Assembly (NCBI GenBank): GCA_002104945.1
Contig: MCFH01000015.1
Location: forward strand, 186,001-250,000
Origin: Piromyces finnis finn
Lineage: Eukaryota; Fungi; Neocallimastigomycota
Length of the DNA stretch: 64,000 nt
Direction of reading: 5' to 3'
Shown here: one piece after another, positions 15,388-26,575 of the stretch
How positions within the stretch are numbered: position 1 is the first letter of the stretch
How the letters are laid out: each line of letters begins with the position of its first letter
Notes under the pieces: model-generated
Told to the model about the DNA's origin: nothing
Databases searched by the model: none
What the model saw: only the letters and a program-made list of their open reading frames with translations
Program-made: the position numbers and the translations under genes

Positions 15388-17233
15388 ATGGTTTACAAAG
15401 TCGGTTAGTATTTAAGTCGATGGAATGAAATAGTAGTAAACAAATTAAATGTTAGAATAGATGGAAGGAAATGCAATTGAATATGTTTTCAATAATTTAT
15501 GCAATTTATCAAAAAAAAATAAGAAAGAAGTGTATATCAGTAAAATACTTACTTTCATTTTTAAATTGAAAAAATATGATGGAAAATTGATCTAAATTAA
15601 ACAAAAAATATTTTATTAAATGGAAAGTAATTACTTTAAGTGGTTAATTAACAAAGTAAAAATCGTGCTTGAATGATTTCTGTAAAATGAATTAAAGTTA
15701 AATTTACTATACGTGCGATTCAAAACTATTGGAAATTGAATAAATTATAAAAAATATACAATATATATTTGAAAAAATTTTTTTTTTATAAATAGAGTTT
15801 AATTTTTTAATAATTAAAAATGTATATGAAATATAAATATTAAACGTATTCATTGTATTTTTTATAGAAATTATATAAATTTATAATTGTTATATTTAAA
15901 GATAGAATATTAATTGATTTAATTTTATAAAATTTAATATCTCAAAAAATAAATAGCTGATATTAATCTTGCCGATTTCGGTCGTAAGGAACTTGACATT
16001 GCTGAAAATGAAATGCCAGGTCTCATGACTCTTCGTAAGAAGTACGGTCCATCTCAACCACTTAAGGGTGCTCGTATTTGCGGTTGTCTTCACATGACCA
16101 TTCAAACTGCTATGCTTATTGAAACTCTTACTGCTCTCGGTGCTGAAGTTGCCTGGAGTTCATGTAACATTTTCTCTACCCAAGATCACGCTGCTGCTGC
16201 TATTGCTGCCACTGGTGTTCCAGTCTTTGCCTGGAAGGGTGAAACTGATGAAGAATACATCTGGTGTATTGAACAAACCTTATACGCTTTCAAGGACAAC
16301 AAGCCATTAAACATGATCCTTGATGATGGTGGTGATCTTACTGCTCTCGTTCACGAAAAGCACCCAGAACTTCTTGCTGGTATCAACGGTATTTCTGAAG
16401 AAACTACCACTGGTGTCCACAAGTTATACAGAATGTTCAAGGATGGTAAGCTTAAGGTTCCAGCCATTAATGTTAACGATTCTGTTACCAAGAGTAAGTT
16501 CGATAACTTATACGGTTGTCGTGAATCTTTAATCGATGGTATTAAGCGTGCCACCGATGTTATGATTGCTGGTAAGATCTGTGTCGTTGCCGGTTACGGT
16601 GATGTCGGTAAGGGTTGTGCTGCTGCCCTCAGAGGTATGGGTGCTCGTGTCCTTATCACTGAAATTGATCCAATCAACGCTCTTCAAGCTGCTATGGAAG
16701 GTTACGAAGTTACCACCATGGAAGAAGCTGCCTCCCAAGGTAACATTTTCGTTACTACCACTGGTGACTGTCAAATTGTTACTGGTGAACACTTCCCAAA
16801 GATGAAGGATGATGCTATTGTTTGTAACATTGGTCACTTTGACTGTGAAATTGATGTTGCTTGGTTAAAGGCTAACGCTGTTAGCGTTATCAACGTTAAG
16901 CCACAAGTTGACCGTTACACTTTATCTAATGGTCACAGAATCATTCTTCTTGCTGAAGGTCGTCTTGTCAACCTTGGTTGTGCCACTGGTCACCCATCTT
17001 TCGTTATGTCTAACTCCTTCACTAACCAAGTTCTTGCTCAAATTGCTCTCTGGACTGATATTAAGAGTTACCCACTCGGTGTCCACATGCTTCCAAAGAA
17101 GTTAGATGAAGAAGTTGCTTCTGCTCACTTAGACAAGTTAGGTGTTAAGCTTACTAAGCTTACTCAACAACAAAGTGAATACCTTGGTATTCCAATTGAA
17201 GGTCCATTCAAGTCTGACCACTACCGTTACTAG
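15388..17233 (+). CDS. SAH1: S-adenosyl-L-homocysteine hydrolase (exon 1 15388-15403, intron 15404-15956, exon 2 15957-17233)
   Basis: The spliced start [28 protein letters not shown] joins the 406-aa ORF. Motifs include [83 protein letters not shown] and the C-terminal [10 protein letters not shown]. Strong preferred-codon bias. Confidence 0.98.
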
Positions 17234-18376
17234 ATTGTTTAACATTTAAATATTCTATTTTTACCATCTTTTTTCTTCAATTTTCTAATAATAAATGAAA
17301 GAAGAAAATGGTTATTTTTTCATTAAAAAAGAATAATCCTTTTTAACGAAAATGAAAATGAAATTTTAAATAATAAATCATATAATAATTATCGTTTAAG
17401 AGAAAAAATAAGAAGATAAGAAAACAATGAAATTAAAAAACTAGAGAAAAATTTATAACGAAAAACGAAAAGGAAACACAAATAAAAAAGTGATTACGAA
17501 TGTAAAAATGAAAAACAACGCATCACTTTTTTTTTTTTTTAAGTCATAACTACTAATAAACTAAATCGCAAATTATAAAAAATTAATATATAAAAAAAAG
17601 GAGGGTTGTTTGTTTTTATTTTGTGTGTTTGTGTGTGTGTGTGTGCCAGTGTGTTGTGTATGTCAGAGTAGTAATTAGGTAAATTAGATTTTCAATATTT
17701 TTATCCTTTTTTTTAAAAGAGGAGTGTTGTCGTTGTTGTTGTTTGGTATTTTATGTAACGCTAATATTTTAAAAGATGGTATAGTATAAATTTTTGTTAG
17801 AGTAGAAAAAAAAGTTTTAGCAAAACTCTACCCATGAGTGGATATTTGTTTTAGAGTGTATCTATGTTGTGATAAAGTTTTTTTTTTTTTTTTTAAAAAG
17901 TATTGATGAATGAATGACAGTAAAGTTTAGTTTAGGGAATAAAGGAAAAAAAAAAAAAAAGGAAAAAGGAAAAAGGAAAAAGCACAGATCTATTTTAAAA
18001 ACAAAATAATAAAACCAATTTTTTTTATTTTATTAATACATATATACACACACATATATATGTATTAGGGTTGTTGTTCTTGGCATGTATCATCATCATC
18101 ATCATCATCATTCTAATCAATGATAAATAATAAATTTTGTTAAAAAAAAACAACATCGTTTGAATGAAAGGCCAATTTACAATAAATTATAATGTAGATG
18201 AATAGAGTTGTTTTTTTTTTTTTTTTTCCCTATCATTTTCATTTTCTATAGGTTATCATTACTTTCTTTTTTGATTGTTTATTAATATAGATGATAAAAA
18301 GGAAAAAAAAAAAAAGTTAATATCGTTTATTTTGAAAATTAAACTAGGTATTTAGATATTTCTTAATCCATTCTCT

Positions 18377-18623
18377 CCCTCTTGGGAACGTGCCTTCATT
18401 TATTTAATAAATGTAGTTTCTCAAGGGGGTCTACTCATGCTCATGGTACTGAGAGAGTAGAAAGAATTAAATCCAAGTATTGCGCAATGGATGCTTGGTG
18501 CCCTCTTAGGAATGTGCCTTCATTTATTTAATAAATGTAGTTTCTCAAGGGGGTCTACTCATGCTCATGGTACTGAGAGAGTAGAAAGAATTAAATCCAA
18601 GCATTGCGCAATGGATGCTTGGT
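18377..18623 (+). repeat. Two tandem 124-bp monomers forming the retroelement 5' leader, plus a partial third hairpin at ~18654-18669
   Basis: 18377-18500 and 18501-18623 differ at 3 positions by hand alignment. Confidence 0.95.
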
Positions 18624-19267
18624 TAGTCTTCAAGGGAAAATTATTAGGACTAAGCTCATGGTACTGAGCGATTAAAAAACATTTTATTCATCGAATTTAA
18701 GTATTTGATGAATAAGTTGAATGTTTGATATTCAGGTAAGTTTGTATAGTATTTAATTAGAAGAGTAATACATTTTGTTGCTGTATTTTTTCTTTTATTC
18801 ATGTATTCTTGTAGTACTACTCTTCTCTTGTAAGAATCCAATGTAGTCAACTTTAGCATTTGCATTGTACTTTTATATTCATGTAGCTATTGTTGTATTG
18901 TTTCTTGTAAGAGACTGATTCACTCTACATCATGTAAAAATACTATTCACAAGCTTTCTGGTGTCGACATTCTTGATTCAAATTTTTTACCAATTTAAAT
19001 ATTTAATGAAAAGTAAAGTCAAACAAGTTTAGTGTCAAAAAGCGAATCGAATTTACTAACAACAAACCAAAACTAGAATTTTTAAAGAAAATTTACAACT
19101 AGAATTCAAAAAAAAGAAACTTTAAACAAAGCATCGTAACAATTTTTGTACTATCCAGTACTTTTAAGAAGAGAGAGAGAGACAGATTTTTTTCCATATA
19201 CGTTATATTTGTAATTTTTTTTAGTATTTATTTTATATTCAATATTTTTTAATTAGAATTTATTATC

Positions 19268-22200
19268 ATGTCAGTCCTTTATATTAAAGATAAGAATTAT
19301 ATCAGACGTGGTACCCGGTCTTATGGTATCCCCTTAGATGATATTCGCTCCTTCTTTATCCGTGGTATTCGATCATGGTCAGTAAATATGCTATGGGAAA
19401 AACTCGAGGTTATTCTAGAAGATAAATTTAATTCAGTTATTAGTGTTAAATATTTTCAGACTTTCAATGATCACTTTTTCTTAGTCAAGGTTCATGGTTC
19501 ATCAAAAGATTGTATTAAAATCTTACACATGTTAAAGAAGAAACTTTCAGTTACCTCAATTTCCTTTTCAGCTCGTAGTAGAAGGAATCACAAATACACT
19601 TTTTCCACTCTCAAACGTAAAATTTTAGTTTCTAATAAACATCAACATTCTATTCAACAATCATTTCAACAATCAGTTCAACAATCTCATCAACAATCCG
19701 ATCTTCAACTAGATCTTCAACAAGATCTTCAACAAGTTTCCAATCATGAAAATATTCCAGATCTACAGCAAACACAATTTCAATCTCAACATTCAACAAT
19801 TAATTCTAATAGTTCTATCAACTCTGATAACAGTTCAATAGTTGATAGTTCTTCAGCTTCACAGCCATCTAGTAATAGTTCTACTTATTCCTCTGATGCA
19901 TCATCCATTAATAACGATGACTTTAATAATAATAATAATAGCAACGATTCTTCCTCATCCAACAAGCCTGATAACTTTTCTTTTTGTCTTAGTTGGAACA
20001 CCAATGGGTGGAATCACGAAAAGAGAGATAGTATTAGCTATTTCACAGCTATTTTCAAACCATTATTTTTATGTTTCCAAGAAACTGGTAATGGTTCTGG
20101 ATCGAATACAGATTATCCTTGTCGTGTTACTTTGCGAAACTATAGACACTTTTTCAAGAAAGCTGACGAATCAGTTCCAGGAATGAGAGGTTTATATTTA
20201 GGTTTTCACAATTCATGTCAAGCCTCACTTGAAAACTTCTCTGGAAAGTATATTATTTCTATTTATACTTTTAGTCTCTGGAATAGATTCAAATGCTCGA
20301 TTGGTAATGTTTATATGCCTCATAGTCATCACAACATCTATGTTGATCATGCAAAGTTAGAAGTTCGCTTGTGGTTACAAACTCATTCATCCCATCCATC
20401 GATTCTTGTTGGTGATTTTAATATGTCTAAAGTAAAATTATCCAACTGGTTATCAACTAATGGATTAGGAGATTGGGAAATTCTTCCGCTTAGAGGGTCG
20501 ACTATCTCTTGGACTCGAGGTGATCAATCTTCCGACATTGACCATGCTCTTATCAATTCGAAGATGAAAGATCTTATTCACTCAGGATCATTTATAAATA
20601 ATTTTTATCCTGTATCAGACCATAAGCCACTTCTTATTAATGGTAAAATTATTCCTATGGAAGATTTTTCTAATGACTTTAATGTTCCTAAGAAAATTCT
20701 GAAATGGAATAGATTAAAATGTATTGAGGAAAAGGAATCTATTCTCAGTCATAATAAATTCCAAATACTTTCAGCAAAATCCAACGATCCTAATGTTTCT
20801 ACAGATGAACTTTCCAAAGAGTTTACTTCAACTGCTTTTTCAATTGCAGACGAGCTCAGTATTACTTCAGCAAATAATGTTTTAAAGTCTTCATTTCATA
20901 TTTCACAACAAATTTTTAATCTTCAAAAAATCAAAATGAAGTTGTATAAGAGATTTAAAAAAGAAAGAATTTATGATATAGATGAATTTATTAAAAGAAT
21001 TAAAATCTACCGTAAACTCATTGATTACATCCACAAAAGATGTAATGAATTTAGGAAGCAAGAATATCTTCATTGGATTAAAACAGGATGTGAGTATATG
21101 AAGAGTCATAATCCTAAGAAGGCCTGGAAATGGATCAAGAAAACTGCAAAAATTGGAAAAGATTCTTTCTTTATTGCTCAACCAATTAAAAATAAAAATG
21201 GAGAATTAGTTGTTGCTACGGAAGAACAACTAGATGTGTGGCATGATCATTTCGAAAATCTTGCATCAGACCCAAGTGGTGTAAGTCTTGATTTGGAGCA
21301 TTGGTATGAAGAACCAACGAATAAACGTTTTTCACTTCCTATGCTTGATGAGTGGGATATCAACCAAGATATTAGTATTGATGAAGTCAAGTCAGCTATC
21401 CTCTCTACTCCAAATTATAAAGCTTCAGGTCCGGATGGTATTCCAATTGAATTTTACAAAGCATTAGTTCCATCAAGTAATGATTCTAATAATGCTACAG
21501 ATAATAATTCTTCTGGTAATACTACTTCAGATAATGATGCTCATGGTTTAAATTTTATTCTTAAATTATTCAACCGTATTTGGGATGGAGATTTCCCCAA
21601 CTCATGGAATGAATCCAGTATTGTTTCTATTCCTAAGAAGGGAGATTTGACAGATTGTGATAACTATCGAGGTATATCACTTATCAATAATGGTATTAAG
21701 TTGATTTCCAAAATTGTCACCACTAGAATCTCAGAATATGGTTTAAAGAATAATTTCATTAGACCTGAACAATTTGGTTTTCGAAAAAAGGAAGAAAGTA
21801 TCAGTCTTTTCATTTCAATCCAAGAAATATGCCGTAGACGTCAATTAGATAATAAAGAGACATATTTGGCCTTTTTAGATCTCAGGAAAGCATACGATTC
21901 AGTCCCAATCGGTAATATTCTCCATAAATTAGATTGTTTAGGAATCCGAGGTAAGAGTTTACAATTTATCAAAAATTTATATTTAACATCTAAGGCTAAT
22001 GTCAAATTAGATGGACAATTCTCGAAATCTTTTGATGTGAAGAAAGGAGTCCGTCAAGGATGCCCTCTTTCTCCTATTCTCTTTAATCTCTTTATTAATG
22101 ATATATTTAGAGAGTGCGAAGATCTAGGAGTCAGTTTAGGTGACACTCGATGCTGTGGTGGACTTTTTGCAGATGATATAGTTATTTGTGCTCCAACAAG

Positions 22201-23791
22201 AGGATGCTTAAAAAAGATGCTTAGAAGAGTTAATGAATGGGCATTGTATAATGAAATGGAATTTGGTATCCAGAAATGTTCAACGATGGTGATTCGTCCT
22301 GAATCAATAGAAAATCAGAACAAGAGAGATCCAACATTTTACTTAGCAGGACAACCCATTCCAACTACTGATTGCTATACTTATCTTGGTGTTCCATTTG
22401 ATAAGAATTTGTCCCTTAAACCAGTAATTAAAGCTCTTAATAACAAGGTTTTGAAAGGGCTTTTCTCAGTCAGTAAATTCTTAAGAAATCCTAATATTCC
22501 TATTCCCTTCAAAAAGCTAGTACTTAACTCACAAGTGATTAGCAGAGTTTCATACTTTGCACCATTACTTGGATCCAACAAAGCTAGGTCTAGGATTGCT
22601 CAGAAGCATGTTAACAAAGGAATACGATGGGTTGCCGGAGTTCATAAAGCTGTATCGTTTATATCTTTATACTCTATTTCAAAAGATTTGAATATTCCTC
22701 CATTGTCAGCCAAATGTGCGTTAGCTCAGGTTAGATGTTTTAACAAATGGAAAAACTCAAATTGTATTATCTCACACCTTGTCAATTACATTCCTAAATT
22801 TAGAAAATACACGTGGTGCAAATCAAGTAGGACACTTGATAAAAAATTAAAGAAACATGGAGATGTTAAAGCAGTTAAAAACTTTTATTGGAAAGATCTC
22901 AAAGGGAATTCAATCAAAGCGCAATATTATGATAATAATAAATTTATTGAAACTAAAGATTTTATTAAATTATGTTATGAGTACCCAGAGTTTGCCTATG
23001 GCTTCTACTGGCTATTGAAAGCAAGAAGCGGATACAAGTTGGATGCTAGAGTTGCCAAAGCTGCCAAATTTGTTGATCCAGTTTGTCCTAACTACTGTCC
23101 ATGTTGCAAGTGTGGAGATCAAAGTATTAAACATTGGTTATTAGATTGTCCAACATTTAGAGATATCCGTATTAAACATTATGATTCCATAGTCCAGCTA
23201 TTAAATTTTTTCAGTCAACGTAATTCCAATAGTCCTATCAATAATAATGAAATTGATAATATCAGTAGAGATAGTAATAACATTAATAGTAATAGTAACA
23301 ATAGTAGTAATAACAATAGTAATAGTAACAATAGTAATAGTAACAATAGTAATAATAACAATAATAGAAATAATAATATTAGTAATGATAGCAATAGTGA
23401 AGATAATAATTCTAATTTAGATAGTAATTTAGCTAATGATAGTAATAGTTCTAATAATCCGGTGAATATTAATGTGTATGATTATTCTAGTGTGTGCAGT
23501 GAAATATTTAAATTCCTTCTTGGGGGAAGAAGTTTTAACAATATTAATTACAATTCCAGGGAATGGAAAGAACTTTGTAAGCGTCAGATTCAATCTGGTA
23601 CTAACGAAGGAACACCATTCTTGACGGTAACCGCGGAACTTCTAACCAAAATCATGCCTTTTGCTATTGGCCAGCAATGGTCAATGTTCAAAAGGTTTGA
23701 AGCAACATCCAAGAGCGTCAATGCTGAAGAAACAGTAAGACAGGCCAGGAGGGCCAGCGCAACCAATGGAGATCATAATTTTGTTCCATGA
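19268..23791 (+). CDS. Retrotransposon polyprotein: N-terminal extension, APE endonuclease, reverse transcriptase, CCHC zinc finger
   Basis: APE motifs LSWNTNG, LCFQET, ILVGDFN, SDIDHALI and SDHKP. RT motifs KASGPDGIP, NYRGISL, QFGFR, FLDLRKAYDSV, GVRQGCPLSPILFNLFI, LFADDIV and YTYLG. Zinc finger CPCCKCGDQSIKHWLLDCP. Confidence 0.97.
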   Translation: MSVLYIKDKNYIRRGTRSYGIPLDDIRSFFIRGIRSWSVNMLWEKLEVILEDKFNSVISVKYFQTFNDHFFLVKVHGSSKDCIKILHMLKKKLSVTSISFSARSRRNHKYTFSTLKRKILVSNKHQHSIQQSFQQSVQQSHQQSDLQLDLQQDLQQVSNHENIPDLQQTQFQSQHSTINSNSSINSDNSSIVDSSSASQPSSNSSTYSSDASSINNDDFNNNNNSNDSSSSNKPDNFSFCLSWNTNGWNHEKRDSISYFTAIFKPLFLCFQETGNGSGSNTDYPCRVTLRNYRHFFKKADESVPGMRGLYLGFHNSCQASLENFSGKYIISIYTFSLWNRFKCSIGNVYMPHSHHNIYVDHAKLEVRLWLQTHSSHPSILVGDFNMSKVKLSNWLSTNGLGDWEILPLRGSTISWTRGDQSSDIDHALINSKMKDLIHSGSFINNFYPVSDHKPLLINGKIIPMEDFSNDFNVPKKILKWNRLKCIEEKESILSHNKFQILSAKSNDPNVSTDELSKEFTSTAFSIADELSITSANNVLKSSFHISQQIFNLQKIKMKLYKRFKKERIYDIDEFIKRIKIYRKLIDYIHKRCNEFRKQEYLHWIKTGCEYMKSHNPKKAWKWIKKTAKIGKDSFFIAQPIKNKNGELVVATEEQLDVWHDHFENLASDPSGVSLDLEHWYEEPTNKRFSLPMLDEWDINQDISIDEVKSAILSTPNYKASGPDGIPIEFYKALVPSSNDSNNATDNNSSGNTTSDNDAHGLNFILKLFNRIWDGDFPNSWNESSIVSIPKKGDLTDCDNYRGISLINNGIKLISKIVTTRISEYGLKNNFIRPEQFGFRKKEESISLFISIQEICRRRQLDNKETYLAFLDLRKAYDSVPIGNILHKLDCLGIRGKSLQFIKNLYLTSKANVKLDGQFSKSFDVKKGVRQGCPLSPILFNLFINDIFRECEDLGVSLGDTRCCGGLFADDIVICAPTRGCLKKMLRRVNEWALYNEMEFGIQKCSTMVIRPESIENQNKRDPTFYLAGQPIPTTDCYTYLGVPFDKNLSLKPVIKALNNKVLKGLFSVSKFLRNPNIPIPFKKLVLNSQVISRVSYFAPLLGSNKARSRIAQKHVNKGIRWVAGVHKAVSFISLYSISKDLNIPPLSAKCALAQVRCFNKWKNSNCIISHLVNYIPKFRKYTWCKSSRTLDKKLKKHGDVKAVKNFYWKDLKGNSIKAQYYDNNKFIETKDFIKLCYEYPEFAYGFYWLLKARSGYKLDARVAKAAKFVDPVCPNYCPCCKCGDQSIKHWLLDCPTFRDIRIKHYDSIVQLLNFFSQRNSNSPINNNEIDNISRDSNNINSNSNNSSNNNSNSNNSNSNNSNNNNNRNNNISNDSNSEDNNSNLDSNLANDSNSSNNPVNINVYDYSSVCSEIFKFLLGGRSFNNINYNSREWKELCKRQIQSGTNEGTPFLTVTAELLTKIMPFAIGQQWSMFKRFEATSKSVNAEETVRQARRASATNGDHNFVP

Positions 23792-24026
23792 CAAAATTTT
23801 GATCTTTGGCTCGGTGTCCCATTGGAAGTCAAATACAATTATTATACTTTAGTATGATAGTGGCTTTCTTACTTTAATTAAAATTACTAGAATACATTAT
23901 ACCCAATTTTTATTCATTTGTGTTTATTTAAACATATTTTTTTTATTTTTATTTTATTTTAATTTTTATATTACATGTATTATAATTTTAATTAAATTAA
24001 TAATAAAGTTTAAAATATTTGATGCC

Positions 24027-24077
<51 letters not shown>

Positions 24078-24828
24078 ATTCTCTACCTTTTAGTGAATAA
24101 AAGAGTTACACAAGTTCCTCTAACAAAAAAAAAAAAAAAAAACATTACACAAGAAAAATTTTAATCTTTTTTTTTTTTTTATAATTAAAACTCCGATAAA
24201 AAAAAAAAAAGGAAAAAAAACAATATAAATCTACCAATATGTTTATAAACTTTTATTTTCTTTCTTTCTTTTTTTTTTGTATATATACTTTTTTTTTATA
24301 TACTTTTTTTTTTGATAATTAATATTATATTTAAACAATTTATATTTTATTCCTATATTGAATAGTTAATTATAGTATTACTATCATCTTTTATAATTAT
24401 ATATTATTATTCTATCGCTAGATGCTTATGATTTAATTTATTGTCATGTTATAAAGGGAAATGTTTATTTTGATATAAAATAACATTTAAAAATGCTACA
24501 CTAATATTTAAAGATTTTTTTTTTTATTTTATAGTTCAATAAATATAATAATATTAATAATTTAATAATAAATTTAATAATACCATTTGAACCAAATGCA
24601 TGTCATATTCCTTTTTAAATTTTATGTAAATAAAATACAATAATAAAAAAAAAAAAAACATAAAAAAGTAAATTGTTATTATTATGGTAAATTAATAAGA
24701 TTTAAGATTCATGATATACCTATGTACATACATGTATTTTTGATAGCTTACAAAATAAAATTAAATAAATAAATCATAATTTAAACAAAAAATTTTAATT
24801 AATATTTTATTATAAAATAATATTGAGT

Positions 24829-24864
<36 letters not shown>

Positions 24865-24949
24865 ATTTAAATAGAATATTAATTAAAAAAGTTTTTCTTT
24901 TTTTTTTTTTTTTTAAAAAGTACATATATTTCATATATTTATATATAAA

Positions 24950-25740
24950 ATGGATCAAACAAAAGAAGCCTTTAGAAAATATCTTGAAAATAATGGCATT
25001 ATTGATGCTTTAACCAAAGGTAGAAAATAATTAATAGTTGAGAAGCATTATATATAATTTTATATTCATATAAAATAAAAAAAGAAAATTATTAATATAT
25101 ATATATACAATTTTTTTTATTACTAGTTCTTGTTGGTTTATATGAAGAATCTGAAAAACCAGAAAATCCATTAGAGTTAGTACCAATTAATATACATTCA
25201 TTATTTATCCAAAAATACATCTTATACATTTTATTTTATTAAAAAAAAAAAAAAAAAAAAAAGGAAATAATATCTAAAGGTTTTTTAAAAAAATATTAAC
25301 ATACTATATATAATTTTATATATTATTATGACAAAAAAAAAAAAATAGTTTTATAAAACAATTTCTTGGTGGTCCATCAGAAATTGATATTGAAGCTTTA
25401 AAAGCTGAAAATGAAGAATTAAGAAGAAAAGTTGAGGATTTAGAGTCAGAATTAGCACAATATAAACAAGTAATATTAATAACTTTTTTTTTTTTTTTAA
25501 AGGAAATAATATAGAATATAGTTTTTGTTAAATATATATATAATATAAAAAAAAATATATATATATTTTATATTGAATATTATATTTTATATATTTCAAT
25601 GGCTTCATGAAAACTAATATTAAATACTATTTTATTTTATTAAAAACAAACAAAATCCTAATATATATATATATTGAAAACCTAATAATAAATTAAAAAA
25701 GAATGAAAGTGATGAAAATGAACTTCGTGGTGATGATTGA
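24950..25740 (+). CDS. MYCBP: c-Myc-binding protein (MYCBP/AMY-1, FAP174-like) homolog; exons 24950-25019, 25127-25175, 25349-25469, 25702-25740; absent from the ORF track
   Basis: The spliced product MDQTKEAFRKYLENNGIIDALTKVLVGLYEESEKPENPLDFIKQFLGGPSEIDIEALKAENEELRRKVEDLESELAQYKQ matches the MYCBP signature FRxYLExxGxxDxLTKVLVxLYEExEKP. GT-AG introns keep the frame. Confidence 0.9.
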
Positions 25741-26575
25741 ACTAATAAGGATTCTATTACCAACAATAATTATATATATATATAAAGCTATTATAACTCT
25801 TAGAAGAAGAAATGATATATACTACAAAAAAAAAATTATTATAAAGAAAATATTAACTATAATATTTTCACTATACCTATATAAATATTTTTTATTATTA
25901 TTCAAATATTTATATTTTTATATATCCGTAACGTTTACACTTTATTTTTATTTCATTTTCAAAACAAAACAAAACAAACAAACAAACAAACAAAAAAAAA
26001 ATGTTAAATAAAGATACTTTAAGAATAATAAAAAAAAAAGATTAATAATAAATTTAATTTTCAAACGCAGTATAAAGAGTATTAAATATACGTTTTATAA
26101 ATCAAAAAAAAAAAAAAAAAAAAAAAAGAAAAAAAAAATATTAAAATGACTATATAATGAAATATTATTTCTATTTTCAAATATGAATGAAAGTTATTTA
26201 TTTTTCATATATATAGGAATAAGAATAATTATTTGGAAAATGATGTATAAATGATATTTCGTTCTTGTTTTTTTCTATATTATTTACATTTTTCAAAGAT
26301 AATAATAGTTGTTTGTTTTTCTTTTTATAATTAAAGCATATATATGATAAATAAATAAAATTTATAAATGAAAGTAAAAAAAAAGGTTCTTATAAATCTT
26401 ATAATAGTAAAGAGTAATAATAATAATAATAATAATAATAATAGAAAAACAATGGTATAATAATCAATTATTGATTAATTGTTTATGACATCTTTTTTTT
26501 TTCTAATATTAAAAAAAAAGACAATTAAATAAAATATTTTCTTTTTTATAATTACGTTTAAAAAAAAAAAAAATT

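Larger units (their letters stand above)
18377..24074 (+). mobile_element. Full-length non-LTR (LINE-type) retrotransposon, ~5.7 kb, single ORF, with poly(A) tail and target-site duplication
   Basis: TSD AATCCATTCTCT at 18365-18376 and 24073-24084 (the leading AA overlaps the tail). Poly(A) run at 24030-24074. Intact 1507-aa ORF; 5' leader with duplicated monomers. Confidence 0.95.

Noticed and set aside
15896-17105. Several short overlapping or antisense ORFs within SAH1, and similar ones within the fungalysin, LRR and LINE ORFs
   Set aside because: These are shadow ORFs arising from codon bias or repeats in the real reading frame; they have no independent motifs.
16013-17233. High GC of SAH1 suggesting horizontal transfer
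   Set aside because: It is explained by preferred-codon bias of a highly expressed gene. The gene has a spliceosomal intron and the protein is of ordinary eukaryotic type.
18420-18480. CTGAGAGAGTAGAAA looked like a hammerhead core, and the leader was also tested as an HDV-like ribozyme
   Set aside because: It does not match CUGANGA, and stems I and III with a UH site cannot be formed. For HDV, the element does not start with G, and no P2 partner or catalytic C could be placed.
25703-26011. 102-aa ORF
   Set aside because: It overlaps, out of frame, the last MYCBP exon and an AT-rich 3' UTR, and has a low-complexity composition.
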